Source: a virus. From it: DNA of 64,000 bases. How positions within the stretch are numbered: position 1 is the stretch's first letter; each line of letters begins with the position of its first letter. The stretch is taken from positions 90,092 to 154,091 of IMG/VR virus record IMGVR_UViG_3300032893_000005. One strand, given 5' to 3'. Position numbers and translations under genes: made by a program. Shown here piece by piece: positions 44,763 to 53,739 of the stretch. The notes under the pieces are model-generated. The model had not been told where the DNA came from. It searched no databases and was given only the letters and a program-made list of their open reading frames with translations.

Positions 44763-46439
44763 TTACAAACTCACTTGGTTTAGTCCACCGGCACCTACGT
44801 TGCCGCCAAAGATGCCTGAGTTGCTTGGTCCAGTAGTTCCAGTTCCAGTAAACGACTCGGAGCCAGTAGAAGTAGTGACTTGAAGAAGTGTGATGCGACC
44901 GCCGTTACCACCAGATCCCGCGCTTGCACCTGTACCAGTGGTACCAGCAGTGGACGACGAGAACGTGATGTTACCAGAGCTAGTGCCGTTCTGCTTGGTC
45001 AGCGTTCCAGACGCAGACGGTGCTCCAGTGCCTATGGTGTTTAAGGTCGTCTGCGCTCCTGTTAAGTTCGTGATGGCTGTAAAGGTCTGGCCGTTGTTGG
45101 TGAACGTAGCACCAGCCGTACATGTTTGACCAGCGGTGACAGTAAAGACGTACGTGTTTGCTCCGTTACCTCCGACTCCGCCGTTGCCGCCAGAAGCGTC
45201 TAGGCAGTTTGTAGCTGTGGAGCCAGTAAGAGAGTTGTACTGGATCAAGATCCACCCACCACCACCGCCTGCTCCACCACCGCCGCCGCCAACTCCAGTC
45301 AAGGCATTCGTTGTACCGACGCTGTCTGTGACGCTTACGGCTGTGTAGGTAATCGTAGCGCTTCCAGTGCCTGAAGCCAAGGTAAGGGTTCCAGTATTTG
45401 TTGGAACTCCCGAAGTCATTACTTGTGTCACGACCGTGGTCGCCGATGCAATTAAGGCCGTAGTGACGATGAACGTCTGACCGTTGTTGGTGTAAGTAGC
45501 ACCAACCGAGGCCGTACTTCCTGCCGAGATAGTGAATGTGTATGTTCCCTGCGCGTTGCGACCGTTTCCTCCGTTGCCGCCCAACGCTTGGATGCATGAC
45601 GCAGGTGTTGATGGACCACGGTTAATGATGTTCGCCCAAATCGCTACGACGCCGCCGCCTCCTCCTCCACCACCACCTCCACAACCGTTACCAACAGTAG
45701 TACCGTCACCAGAGCCGCCGCTGCCGCCTGGTCCACCGCCGCCAGGAATGATAAGCGCTGCTCCGCGAAATAAGTCTGTTTCATACCTCCGAATAGGCAG
45801 AGTGTTGGTAGTTGCGGTACCAGCACGCGATGCTCCACCAGAAGTTGGACCGGCATTGGGTCCGCCGTTCCCACCAGCACCGCCAGCATTTGAAGCTCCA
45901 CCGTTCCATCCGGCAGAAGCCGCAGCAGCTTGGTTACCACCAGCAGTAGTTGAGTTAGCACCTGCAGTCGCTGCAGCGCTCGCAGCTAGCGTGACGCCTG
46001 GGGCTGCTACGCCAAGTGCTCCACCAGTCTGCGTAGCCGCGTTAGATCCAGCACTGCCGTTGTTAAAGATAGCGGCGACCCCAGCCGCTGAGATGTCCAA
46101 TGTACCAGCGACGAAGATCTTATACCCGGCCATGTTGATCTGGCCAGTGCCGTTGATCGTCAGGTTGTTGTAGAACATATCTCTAGAAAGAACTGTGATG
46201 CCTGAAGATATGGTTACGTTACCGTCAGATCCGTCTCCGTAACTTTCCAAGACTTGCGTGGATGCGGGTCCTACTGGACCACCGTACGGAAGCGATGCCC
46301 ACGCAGTTACTCCGTCACCGATCTTCATCTTGCCGGTATCCGTCTCGTAACCTTCTTCACCTTGGGCCAAGGTTGGATTGGCCGTTGTCCAGGTAGCTGC
46401 GGTACTACGTCTTAACTGAATTATTGTGCTTGCTGGCAT
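44763..46439 (-). CDS. glycine-rich tail fibre/adhesin with Mtd N-terminal-like domain (paralogue)
   Basis: same N-domain and GDGSDGNVTISSG..L.RDM.YNNLTINGTG; polyglycine runs. Confidence 0.75.
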   Translation of the reverse strand: MPASTIIQLRRSTAATWTTANPTLAQGEEGYETDTGKMKIGDGVTAWASLPYGGPVGPASTQVLESYGDGSDGNVTISSGITVLSRDMFYNNLTINGTGQINMAGYKIFVAGTLDISAAGVAAIFNNGSAGSNAATQTGGALGVAAPGVTLAASAAATAGANSTTAGGNQAAAASAGWNGGASNAGGAGGNGGPNAGPTSGGASRAGTATTNTLPIRRYETDLFRGAALIIPGGGGPGGSGGSGDGTTVGNGCGGGGGGGGGGVVAIWANIINRGPSTPASCIQALGGNGGNGRNAQGTYTFTISAGSTASVGATYTNNGQTFIVTTALIASATTVVTQVMTSGVPTNTGTLTLASGTGSATITYTAVSVTDSVGTTNALTGVGGGGGGAGGGGGWILIQYNSLTGSTATNCLDASGGNGGVGGNGANTYVFTVTAGQTCTAGATFTNNGQTFTAITNLTGAQTTLNTIGTGAPSASGTLTKQNGTSSGNITFSSSTAGTTGTGASAGSGGNGGRITLLQVTTSTGSESFTGTGTTGPSNSGIFGGNVGAGGLNQVSL

Positions 46440-46448
46440 GATAGTTCC

Positions 46449-49076
46449 TTACGGAGTTCCACCGTTTATTACTTGAGAAGGAGTGTACACGGAGTTCGCC
46501 GTTCCACCGTCGATGTTCACGACCGGGTTAGTCCACTGCAGAGTTCCAGAGTTATCGGCGGCTCCCAGGTACTGACCTGCGGTCGGAGCTGTAGGCGGCA
46601 TGGTCAAGGTAAAGTTGGCGGTCGGGTTCCATCCAAGTATAGCTTTGAACGCGTTTGCAAACGCGAGTGTCACTGAGCTAGACCCAGACTGAGTTCCTAT
46701 GGTGTAGTCTGCCCTGTAGTTTCCTGCTTCCGACGTAACTACCCACGTAGTCGCAGTAGTGTCTATGGTAACTGCGCCAGAAGTAGTCATCCTCCACACG
46801 GAACCTTGATAAACAGTTCCTAACCTGACCAGCGTGGTTATGAACTGGAACGCTTGCGTCGTTCCTCCCGACGGATACCAGGTAGGACGCGTCCAAGCAC
46901 CGCTTTGTACCACCCAAGGACCATTCTGCGATGCGGCAGACTGTGCAGTCAGTAAGACTATGGAAGTGCCAGCGGTAGTTGCTTGACCGTCGATGGTTGG
47001 TGTTCCAGACAGAGTTTGGTTAGTAGTCGCAACTACGCTGACGGCAGGCTTGTTTGCTAGAGAAGCCTTGGTGTCTGTGACGGCACCGACGGCTATCGTA
47101 GCTGGTACGTTCCCAGGGCCAGAAGCCGTGACATCGCCGGTGAGTCCGGTAATGGCCGAGGCAACGACGGCACTTATCTGAGCCTGTAACTTTCCAAAGG
47201 CTTGGACTATGCTGTCGGTAGCAGCGATTACTGCGTTGCTTCCGATAACGTACGTCGACATGATGAGGCCGCCGATTACGCCGAACGTAACTGCATGTAC
47301 GTGGTCAGACAGGGCGAAGGAAGCAGCAGATCCCCTGTTGTTGGAGGTTCCTACCTGAACAGGAGTAGCGCTGGGGATGTTGTGTACGTGGTCAGACTTG
47401 GCAAATGCGGCTGAAGATCCAGCAGAGTTCGACTGGTCTGGAGTCTGCGTGACCGGGGCTGCGCTGTCTACCGCGTGAGAGTGATCGCTTCTGGCAAACG
47501 TAGACGCAGAGCCTTGAGCGTTAGTCGTGTTCGGCGTAAGGTCTGCGACAGGAGCAGCAGTTGGGATGTCATGAACGTGATCTGCCCTTGCGAGGCTCGA
47601 CGAAGAGCCAGCAGAGTTCGACTGGTCTGGAGTCTGCGTGACCGGGACAGCAACGGCAATGTCGTGCTTGTGATCGGCTCTAGCAAACTTAGTCGAAGAT
47701 CCTTGGAGGTCAGTTCCGTCAGCGTTTGCCTGAATCGGAACATCTGTGGGGATGTTGTGGACGTGATCAGCCCTAGCAAGGCCCGACGAAGATCCAGCGG
47801 CGTTGGCTTGATCGGTGTTCTGCGTTACTGGAGTTGCAACTGCTATGTCATGCTTGTGATCGGCCCTAGCAAACTTAGTAGAAGATCCCTGAAGATCAGT
47901 TCCGTCAGCGTTTGCTTGTACGGGAACATCAGTAGGGATGTTATGAACATGGTCTGCTTTGGCAAAGTTCGGAGATGTTCCAGCAGCGTTGGCTTGATCG
48001 GTGCTCTGCGTTACGGGAGTGCCGCTCGCTACGTGGTGAGTGTGATCTTGGCGAGCAAACGCAGCAGCCGAGCCTTGCGTGTTGGTGCTGGTAGAGTCAA
48101 GGCCAGACGCAACTCCGGTAGGGATGTCATGGACGTGGTCAGACTTGGAGAAGGTCGTCGCACTTCCGTCGGAGTTACTGTTGTCTGGAGTCTGACTGAT
48201 TGGGGCTGCAGTAGGTATGTCGTGGACGTGGTCGGCTCGAGCGAGGCTTGCAGAAGACCCGGCAGCGTTAGACTGGTTAGGAGTCTGAGTAACCGGGGCT
48301 GCAGTCGGGATAGCGTGAACGTGGTCGGCCCGAGCTGCCTTCTCAGAAGTTCCAGCAGAAGCTGAGGCCGTAGCGCTCAAGTTCTGTATGTCAGACAGTG
48401 CTCCCCAGACCTGGTTCTTGTTCAAGATGACGCGAGCGTCTTCCAGGAACGTAACAGTGCTCAAGTTCGTCGAGAACATTGCCAAAGGAATGGCATTCGG
48501 AGGCAAAGTGGCGCCAGAAGTAACGGTCGCCGTTGTGTCGACGTAGACGAAGTTGTTGATTAAGCTGGAACCAAGGGTCAGGCTGCCAGCAGGCACGAAC
48601 GATACGACGCCGTTGAACTCTACGATCATGGCCGTGTAGTTTACGGACAGGCCAGAGCCGGGGTACGAAACAAGTCCTGAGTTAGCAGTCTGCTCAGCCG
48701 AGTGTATGTTCGCGGCAGTAGAACCGCCGACTGACGCAATGAGTAATGAACCAGTATCGCTCATAGTTGCGTCGCCGCTTATGTTGACCGGAACGTAGTT
48801 GGTTCCGTTCCACAGCAAGAACTGCGCGTCTGTGGGAGCAGTCGAGGATACAGGCTTCCCTTGGATACCCGTTACGGTCAATAGTGCATCACCGGGACCG
48901 TGAGCAACACCATCACCGTGCAAGTCTGTGATGTCGCTGACGGTACCGATCGCGTGCTCTATACCATCCGAGCCTTGAATGTAGAGGACGTTATCCGTCT
49001 TAAAGTAAAGGAGGCAGTATCCTGAAGGAGGAGAAGGAGGGGTCGAGGATACTTGTGAAAGTCTATGTAAAGCCAT
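46449..49076 (-). CDS. long tail fibre with 12 D-H-x-H repeats
   Basis: about 30 aa repeat AP..Q.....G.S..(F/L)ARADH.H.IP; LSG..TIDG...Q....QNG.W....AWTR domain. Confidence 0.75.
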   Translation of the reverse strand: MALHRLSQVSSTPPSPPSGYCLLYFKTDNVLYIQGSDGIEHAIGTVSDITDLHGDGVAHGPGDALLTVTGIQGKPVSSTAPTDAQFLLWNGTNYVPVNISGDATMSDTGSLLIASVGGSTAANIHSAEQTANSGLVSYPGSGLSVNYTAMIVEFNGVVSFVPAGSLTLGSSLINNFVYVDTTATVTSGATLPPNAIPLAMFSTNLSTVTFLEDARVILNKNQVWGALSDIQNLSATASASAGTSEKAARADHVHAIPTAAPVTQTPNQSNAAGSSASLARADHVHDIPTAAPISQTPDNSNSDGSATTFSKSDHVHDIPTGVASGLDSTSTNTQGSAAAFARQDHTHHVASGTPVTQSTDQANAAGTSPNFAKADHVHNIPTDVPVQANADGTDLQGSSTKFARADHKHDIAVATPVTQNTDQANAAGSSSGLARADHVHNIPTDVPIQANADGTDLQGSSTKFARADHKHDIAVAVPVTQTPDQSNSAGSSSSLARADHVHDIPTAAPVADLTPNTTNAQGSASTFARSDHSHAVDSAAPVTQTPDQSNSAGSSAAFAKSDHVHNIPSATPVQVGTSNNRGSAASFALSDHVHAVTFGVIGGLIMSTYVIGSNAVIAATDSIVQAFGKLQAQISAVVASAITGLTGDVTASGPGNVPATIAVGAVTDTKASLANKPAVSVVATTNQTLSGTPTIDGQATTAGTSIVLLTAQSAASQNGPWVVQSGAWTRPTWYPSGGTTQAFQFITTLVRLGTVYQGSVWRMTTSGAVTIDTTATTWVVTSEAGNYRADYTIGTQSGSSSVTLAFANAFKAILGWNPTANFTLTMPPTAPTAGQYLGAADNSGTLQWTNPVVNIDGGTANSVYTPSQVINGGTP
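47290..48370 (-). repeat. about 90 bp coding tandem repeat x12, including a 180 bp duplication
   Basis: DHxH every about 30 aa; TDVP.QANADGTDLQGSSTKFARADHKHDIAVA occurs twice. Confidence 0.8.
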
Positions 49077-49079
49077 AAT

Positions 49080-49400
49080 TTATATGATGACTAACTCACC
49101 ATCTCCATCAATGATAACTGTTCCACCAGCGTCGAGGTCCATGTACGAAGCTAAGGTCATGGTCTCGCCAGCACCTATCTCAACCGTGTCAGTGACGTGA
49201 TTCTTTGTTACGAAGCCCTGTGCTTCGATCGCGCCGCCGTCTTGAACCGTCGTGTTCGGACTGTTCTGTATCGTATCGCCGCCGGTTCCAACCCAGCGAG
49301 CGATAGCCTTGTCGGTCGTCGGTGCCACGCCGCTCACGTTGCCTGTGGGCTGAACGTAGTAGTCGAGGGTTCCTGTAAATGGGCTGAACTTGTACGGCAT
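49080..49400 (-). CDS. small virion protein
   Basis: MPYKFSPFTGTLD N-terminal motif; TDKAIARW.GT.G..IQNS. Confidence 0.65.
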   Translation of the reverse strand: MPYKFSPFTGTLDYYVQPTGNVSGVAPTTDKAIARWVGTGGDTIQNSPNTTVQDGGAIEAQGFVTKNHVTDTVEIGAGETMTLASYMDLDAGGTVIIDGDGELVII

Positions 49401-50032
49401 TAGTTGTCTATCCTGAAAGCGTTGGTGATCAAGTTCTTGCTCGCGTCACTGTAATTTACGGTTACAAGCTGTACGTTGGTACCAGAGACCCCACCGACCT
49501 TCGACTGATACTGTTCCTGGGTTGAGGTAGGATAGGTGACCACGACTGCGTCGTACGGCTTCGAGAATAAGGAAACGCTGTTGACCTCGACGTTGACTTC
49601 AGAGTCCGTACTAAGACGCACTTTGCCATCGTCTCCAACGGTGGAGTCGATGTAGCGTCCGTACTTGTCGACCTGGGCTTGCCTGAGTCCGACTATCGGC
49701 TCGCGGGCGTAGACAGCGTTCTGGATGTCGTCTGGCTTGATGACGGGTATGTTCTGACGCGGTGCAGTAAGATCCGCGCTGTCAGCTACCGTGAACGCCG
49801 TCAAGTCTGAGAACTGGTTGAGGTCAGTGCTGGGAAGACCGAGCTGGACTTGCGTGGGTGAAAGGACAGCTTTGACTTGGAACGTGGTCTTAGGCTGGGT
49901 ATTCGATGCCAGGGAGACTGCCATCTTAGTGTAGAGTCCGAAGGTATCGGCAACTGAGATGATCCCGTTGAGAGTGCCGTCTGCTGTGAGTGGAGTAGTG
50001 GAATACGCATCCCACCTGCGCTCTGTGGACAT
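49400..50032 (-). CDS. virion structural protein
   Basis: first gene after a late promoter; PYDAV..TYP...E.Y....GG.SGT...V.V.Y C-domain. Confidence 0.65.
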   Translation of the reverse strand: MSTERRWDAYSTTPLTADGTLNGIISVADTFGLYTKMAVSLASNTQPKTTFQVKAVLSPTQVQLGLPSTDLNQFSDLTAFTVADSADLTAPRQNIPVIKPDDIQNAVYAREPIVGLRQAQVDKYGRYIDSTVGDDGKVRLSTDSEVNVEVNSVSLFSKPYDAVVVTYPTSTQEQYQSKVGGVSGTNVQLVTVNYSDASKNLITNAFRIDN

Positions 50033-50101
50033 CTTCAGTTATCCTTGCCGTACCGACCCCAGCCATCTGGAGCCATCCCAACCGTATGAGACTCTTTCTA
50101 T

Positions 50102-50134
50102 ATTAAGAACTATACGTAACTCTATGTTTTCATT
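50102..50134 (-). promoter_or_regulatory. late promoter element copy 5 (one mismatch)
   Basis: AATGAAAACA-tagag-TTA-cgtat-AGTTCTTAAT, 70 bp before ATG 50032. Confidence 0.65.
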
Positions 50135-50162
50135 GACTTTATTCTTCTGATTACCTCCTGAC

Positions 50163-50191
50163 TTGACATGGGGCACCAAGGATGAGACGAT
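50163..50191 (+). promoter_or_regulatory. sigma70-like promoter
   Basis: TTGACA-17-GACGAT with TGn extension, before AAGGAGG RBS. Confidence 0.55.
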
Positions 50192-50217
50192 CTTTGTAAG
50201 TCTGACAAGGAGGGAAC

Positions 50218-50466
50218 GTGTCAGAAGTAGACGTTGCTCAGATTCGAGAAGACCTTCGGTGGAACCGGCTCGTGCTGGAGAATACCCGCCGATCAGTATC
50301 GATGGGGATCTCGGGCATGCAGGACCAGGCCAAGAGGATCGAAGCTACCGTGCTGGCCCTGGAGATCAAGCTGAAAGAGGCAGTTGATGCGAGCGGGAAA
50401 GCGAAGGGGAAACGTCATACACCTCGAAGGAAGGCTCGTAGACAGGGTAAGAAGGCGAAGCGTTGA
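50218..50466 (+). CDS. coiled-coil protein with basic tail
   Basis: AAGGAGG RBS. Confidence 0.7.
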   Translation: MSEVDVAQIREDLRWNRLVLENTRRSVSMGISGMQDQAKRIEATVLALEIKLKEAVDASGKAKGKRHTPRRKARRQGKKAKR

Positions 50467-50492
50467 CGTACTACTGCTAGTCGCGATACTAT
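50463..50492 (+). promoter_or_regulatory. sigma70-like promoter
   Basis: TTGACG-18-TACTAT upstream of the CYTH gene. Confidence 0.5.
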
Positions 50493-50537
50493 CGTTCCTA
50501 GCAGGCATGGCGACATGCGCGATGTGGAAAGGCTAAA

Positions 50538-51269
50538 GTGAGTAAGACCGAAGAACCCCAGACCCCAGTACTCGTACCCGAACACACCGAGTTCGAGACG
50601 AAGTACCGCGTTGATGCCGCGACTCTGACCGAGTTCAAGCGCATCATGGATGGGCTGCCTAACCTCAAGAAGTTCATCTACGTCGAGGGACCTGATCACT
50701 ACTACACGAACGAGCACATCACCAAGGCGTTCCAAGCGTTCGCCGACGGACTACCTGCTGCCCACCGCGACAAGCTCCATGCCCTGATCAACTCCACGAT
50801 CGGCGAGTTCCCACCGTTCATGCGCTTCCGTCGCCCGTCGCACGGCCTGGACGAGAACCGTCAGGAGCTGACGACCAAGTACCGCCAGGACGGGTCCAAG
50901 AACAACATCCAGCGCGAGGAGAAGAACCTTCGAGTCGACAAGACCGAGGAGAAGACCATCAAGGCCTTCGTTGCAGACGTTGGCTATAAGCCGAACTTCT
51001 CAGTGTGGAAGACTTGCCACATCTACAACCTCGACGACGCTACCCTCGTGTTCTACTCGGTGTACGATACCACCGACGGGCAGCAATCCCCTAAGGTAGA
51101 TAACTTCTTCGAGATCGAGGTCGACGAGGAGACGGTGTCCAAGATGACCGAGGCTGAAGCTTGGGGCATCATCACGAAGTACGAGAGCATCTTCGCTCAC
51201 CTTGGCATCACGGCTCAGAAGCGGCTTCGTAAGTCCATGTTCGACATGTACAAGCGTGAAGTGAAGTAG
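50538..51269 (+). CDS. CYTH (triphosphate tunnel metalloenzyme) domain protein
   Basis: EFETK (ExExK), D.YY, MRFR, LTTK, REE, WK, FFEIE motifs. Confidence 0.8.
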   Translation: MSKTEEPQTPVLVPEHTEFETKYRVDAATLTEFKRIMDGLPNLKKFIYVEGPDHYYTNEHITKAFQAFADGLPAAHRDKLHALINSTIGEFPPFMRFRRPSHGLDENRQELTTKYRQDGSKNNIQREEKNLRVDKTEEKTIKAFVADVGYKPNFSVWKTCHIYNLDDATLVFYSVYDTTDGQQSPKVDNFFEIEVDEETVSKMTEAEAWGIITKYESIFAHLGITAQKRLRKSMFDMYKREVK

Positions 51270-51500
51270 ATGAGGAACATCAACGAGTGGAAGACTTTCA
51301 TAAAGAGTAAGTTCTGGTTCTGGGGATTCGAAGATCGGTATCCGAGCGGTATCGCCGGAGTACCGACTGGCATGATCCCAGTAGAGACTGACGAAGAGAC
51401 GGGGTTACCTTCGAGCATGGAAGATAACCACCACAGAGAGATCTCCAAGCATTACGGACAAATCAACCGACGTATCTTCACTCCGAGAGGATTGCCATGA
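51270..51500 (+). CDS. hypothetical protein
   Basis: ATG directly after the upstream TAG. Confidence 0.55.
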   Translation: MRNINEWKTFIKSKFWFWGFEDRYPSGIAGVPTGMIPVETDEETGLPSSMEDNHHREISKHYGQINRRIFTPRGLP

Positions 51501-51667
51501 GTAAGGGTCACATCAACAACTATGCCGCTGGGATCAACCGGTACAACTCGCGACGCAACAAGAAGCTGTCAAACACTCACGACACCGGAGAGCGCAGTAA
51601 GGATACCTGCAAGCCTTCTGAGACAGGCTTTGCCATATCTGAGAAGAAGCATAAGGTGGAGGGCTGA
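51497..51667 (+). CDS. small basic protein, 56 aa (not in ORF track)
   Basis: GAGG RBS; ATGA and TGATG couplings; MSKGHINNYAAGINRYNSRRNKKLS... Confidence 0.55.
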   Translation: MSKGHINNYAAGINRYNSRRNKKLSNTHDTGERSKDTCKPSETGFAISEKKHKVEG

Positions 51668-51936
51668 TGTTCCTCTTCACACGCAGTCAGGGAATGCTGA
51701 CCCGCGCCGAACTCGAGAAGATGCCTGAGATCCCAGGGAAGAACCTGCGCATGTACCTTACACTTCCAGCGGGTCTCATCGTCGTTGCTGAGAAGGAGTT
51801 CAGCAGTGCCACGGCCTGGAACCCTCAGACCGGCGAAGTGAACGAGTATTCCTACTATGAGACGGTCTGCTACGACGTAAGTACGTCTCCCAGCTACAAC
51901 GGACACTATAAAGTTTCGCGTACTTACACAGTTTGA
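51667..51936 (+). CDS. hypothetical protein
   Basis: GGAGG RBS. Confidence 0.65.
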   Translation: MFLFTRSQGMLTRAELEKMPEIPGKNLRMYLTLPAGLIVVAEKEFSSATAWNPQTGEVNEYSYYETVCYDVSTSPSYNGHYKVSRTYTV

Positions 51937-51946
51937 GACAGGGGTA

Positions 51947-51975
51947 TTGACTTTCTTGCTGCACCGCGATAATCT
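51947..51975 (+). promoter_or_regulatory. sigma70-like promoter
   Basis: TTGACT-17-TAATCT in an intergenic gap before AGGAGG RBS. Confidence 0.5.
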
Positions 51976-52013
51976 GATTATGTCTTAAACACAAACTCAC
52001 TTAGGAGGGTAAG

Positions 52014-52979
52014 ATGAGTGCAGATGTAGAAAACATGTTCAGCGTCAAGGAAGTTCCTTGGCACAAGCTCGGAAGCGTCATACAGAATGCTCCGTCGATC
52101 GAAGAGGGCATCAAGCTCGCTGGCCTTAACTGGAAAGTCGCAATGGAGACCACGCACCGTCCTGACGGTACACTCCGCGCTTCCAAGAGCGTGATCCGCC
52201 TCTCGGACAACAAGGTCTTGGGCGAAGTTGGTCCCAAGTATCATCCGCTTCAAAACGAGAAGGCCTTCGCCTTCTTCGAACCCTTCATCAAGTCTGGCGA
52301 AGTCTCCCTTGAGACCGCTGGCTCACTCGATGGTGGTCGCAAGATCTGGGTCCTTGCCCAGCTCAACCGCAAGCCCCTGGACATCGGCGGCGGTGACGAA
52401 GTTCGCAAGATGCTCCTCCTCACAAACCGTCACGACGGCGTCGCCAGCGCGATGGTCGGCTTCACTCCGATCCGCGTCGTGTGCGCTAACACCTTGGCCG
52501 CTGCGATCAGCGCCACTGACTCAGCTCTCCTCCGCGTTCGCCACACCGCTGGCATCGAGACCGGCTTGGACAAGATCCAGGAGATGGTCAACACTGCCAA
52601 CCAGCAGTTCGAGGCCACTGGCGAGATGTACAAGGCGATGGCTCGCTACGGCGTGTCGACCGCTGACGTCAAGAAGTACGTCAAGCTGGTGTTCTACCCG
52701 AACATCTCTGACACCGAGATAACCGAGCGTCAGCAGACTCGCTTGACCATGCTGACCGAGAACATCACCAAGCTGTTCGAGACAGGCTTCGGCGCTGACT
52801 TGAAGAGCGCGAACGGCACCATGTGGGGCTTGTACAACGGCATGACGCAGTATCTCAGCCACGAAGCCAAGGACGACAGCGACAAGCGCTTCGACAGCCT
52901 GTGGTTTGGCACCAACAAGAACGTGAACGCTCACGCAATGTCGGTAGCGGTCAAGATGGCCGCTGGAGGTGCAGTATGA
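52014..52979 (+). CDS. DUF932/DUF945-family protein (phage/plasmid-like)
   Basis: PWHKLG...AGLNW.V...Y.PLQN..AF.FF...ETAGSL.GG...HDG...TPIRVVC.NTL...RHT...GT.WG.YN. Confidence 0.85.
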   Translation: MSADVENMFSVKEVPWHKLGSVIQNAPSIEEGIKLAGLNWKVAMETTHRPDGTLRASKSVIRLSDNKVLGEVGPKYHPLQNEKAFAFFEPFIKSGEVSLETAGSLDGGRKIWVLAQLNRKPLDIGGGDEVRKMLLLTNRHDGVASAMVGFTPIRVVCANTLAAAISATDSALLRVRHTAGIETGLDKIQEMVNTANQQFEATGEMYKAMARYGVSTADVKKYVKLVFYPNISDTEITERQQTRLTMLTENITKLFETGFGADLKSANGTMWGLYNGMTQYLSHEAKDDSDKRFDSLWFGTNKNVNAHAMSVAVKMAAGGAV

Positions 52980-53269
52980 AAACCAATAAGATCAAAGGGA
53001 ACCTGATCGTCAACCATAAGCTCATCCAAGTAATCGAAGACCCGGCGGTAGGATATCGGGTCCTGATCACCATGCAGAAAGGTGGTCAGGTCGAGACGAA
53101 CCCGTACCCTGGAAATCAGGCTGGCTTAGTAGCCGCCATGCAGATGGCGACCGAGGTGATGGCTGGCAAAGTATGGCTGTCGCACGTAGCGACGGACGCA
53201 CCGGGATGGACTGCTCCAACCTCGCACATGCTGGAAAGTGCAAAGCCGGACTTGACGCGACAAGGATAG
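52976..53269 (+). CDS. hypothetical protein
   Basis: GGAGGT RBS, ATGA overlap. Confidence 0.65.
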   Translation: MKTNKIKGNLIVNHKLIQVIEDPAVGYRVLITMQKGGQVETNPYPGNQAGLVAAMQMATEVMAGKVWLSHVATDAPGWTAPTSHMLESAKPDLTRQG

Positions 53270-53281
53270 TCGCTGCATAAT
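53252..53281 (+). promoter_or_regulatory. sigma70-like promoter
   Basis: TTGACG-18-CATAAT. Confidence 0.6.
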
Positions 53282-53291
53282 GAGACTGAAC

Positions 53292-53342
53292 ACCCGGTCT
53301 CGGGCGCCTGACCTCCCCCACCCTCGGCGCTCGGGATCGGGT
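53292..53342 (+). ncRNA. structured 5' leader / small RNA hairpin with C-rich loop
   Basis: 17 bp stem ACCCGGUCUCGGGCGCC / GGCGCUCGGGAUCGGGU with three G-U pairs and no true mismatch; loop UGACCUCCCCCACCCUC. Confidence 0.6.
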
Positions 53343-53364
53343 AACTTTATCAAAGGAGAATACA

Positions 53365-53739
53365 GTGGCACGGATCGTAGGCGAACGAGTTGACCTGGAA
53401 GAAACCGAGAAGAACCTCAACGACGAGTTCGGTCACATCTGGCGAACTTACGGTGAAGAGGCTGAAGTAAACAAGCAGAAGGTACTGCTGGTCCGTAACC
53501 AAGTCGCGTTCGAGGCCATGGTTCGATTCGAGGATAAGGACAACTTCGCAGTCGACCTCGACAAGCTGATCGCTGCTTACAAAGCTCGCATCTACGCTGG
53601 AGCGCCCAAGGCCGAAGAGCCTGTCCGTCCACCGCAGCAGCCCGAAAAGAAGAACTCAAAGCCTGCTCGTCGCGCTGCCGCTGCCGTAGCCCCGGCTCCT
53701 GCTCCCGATGCGCAGCCGACACCGGAGAACAAGGCGTGA
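53365..53739 (+). CDS. hypothetical protein with Ala/Pro-rich tail
   Basis: AAAGGAG RBS. Confidence 0.75.
   Translation: MARIVGERVDLEETEKNLNDEFGHIWRTYGEEAEVNKQKVLLVRNQVAFEAMVRFEDKDNFAVDLDKLIAAYKARIYAGAPKAEEPVRPPQQPEKKNSKPARRAAAAVAPAPAPDAQPTPENKA

Noticed and set aside
9914-46439. Diversity-generating retroelement acting on the fibres or Mtd-like genes
   Set aside because: No reverse transcriptase ORF and no template/variable repeat pair differing only at adenines was seen in the window.
47290-48370. CRISPR-like periodicity here and at 14500-14760
   Set aside because: Repeats are in-frame coding repeats with synonymous variation and no unique spacers.
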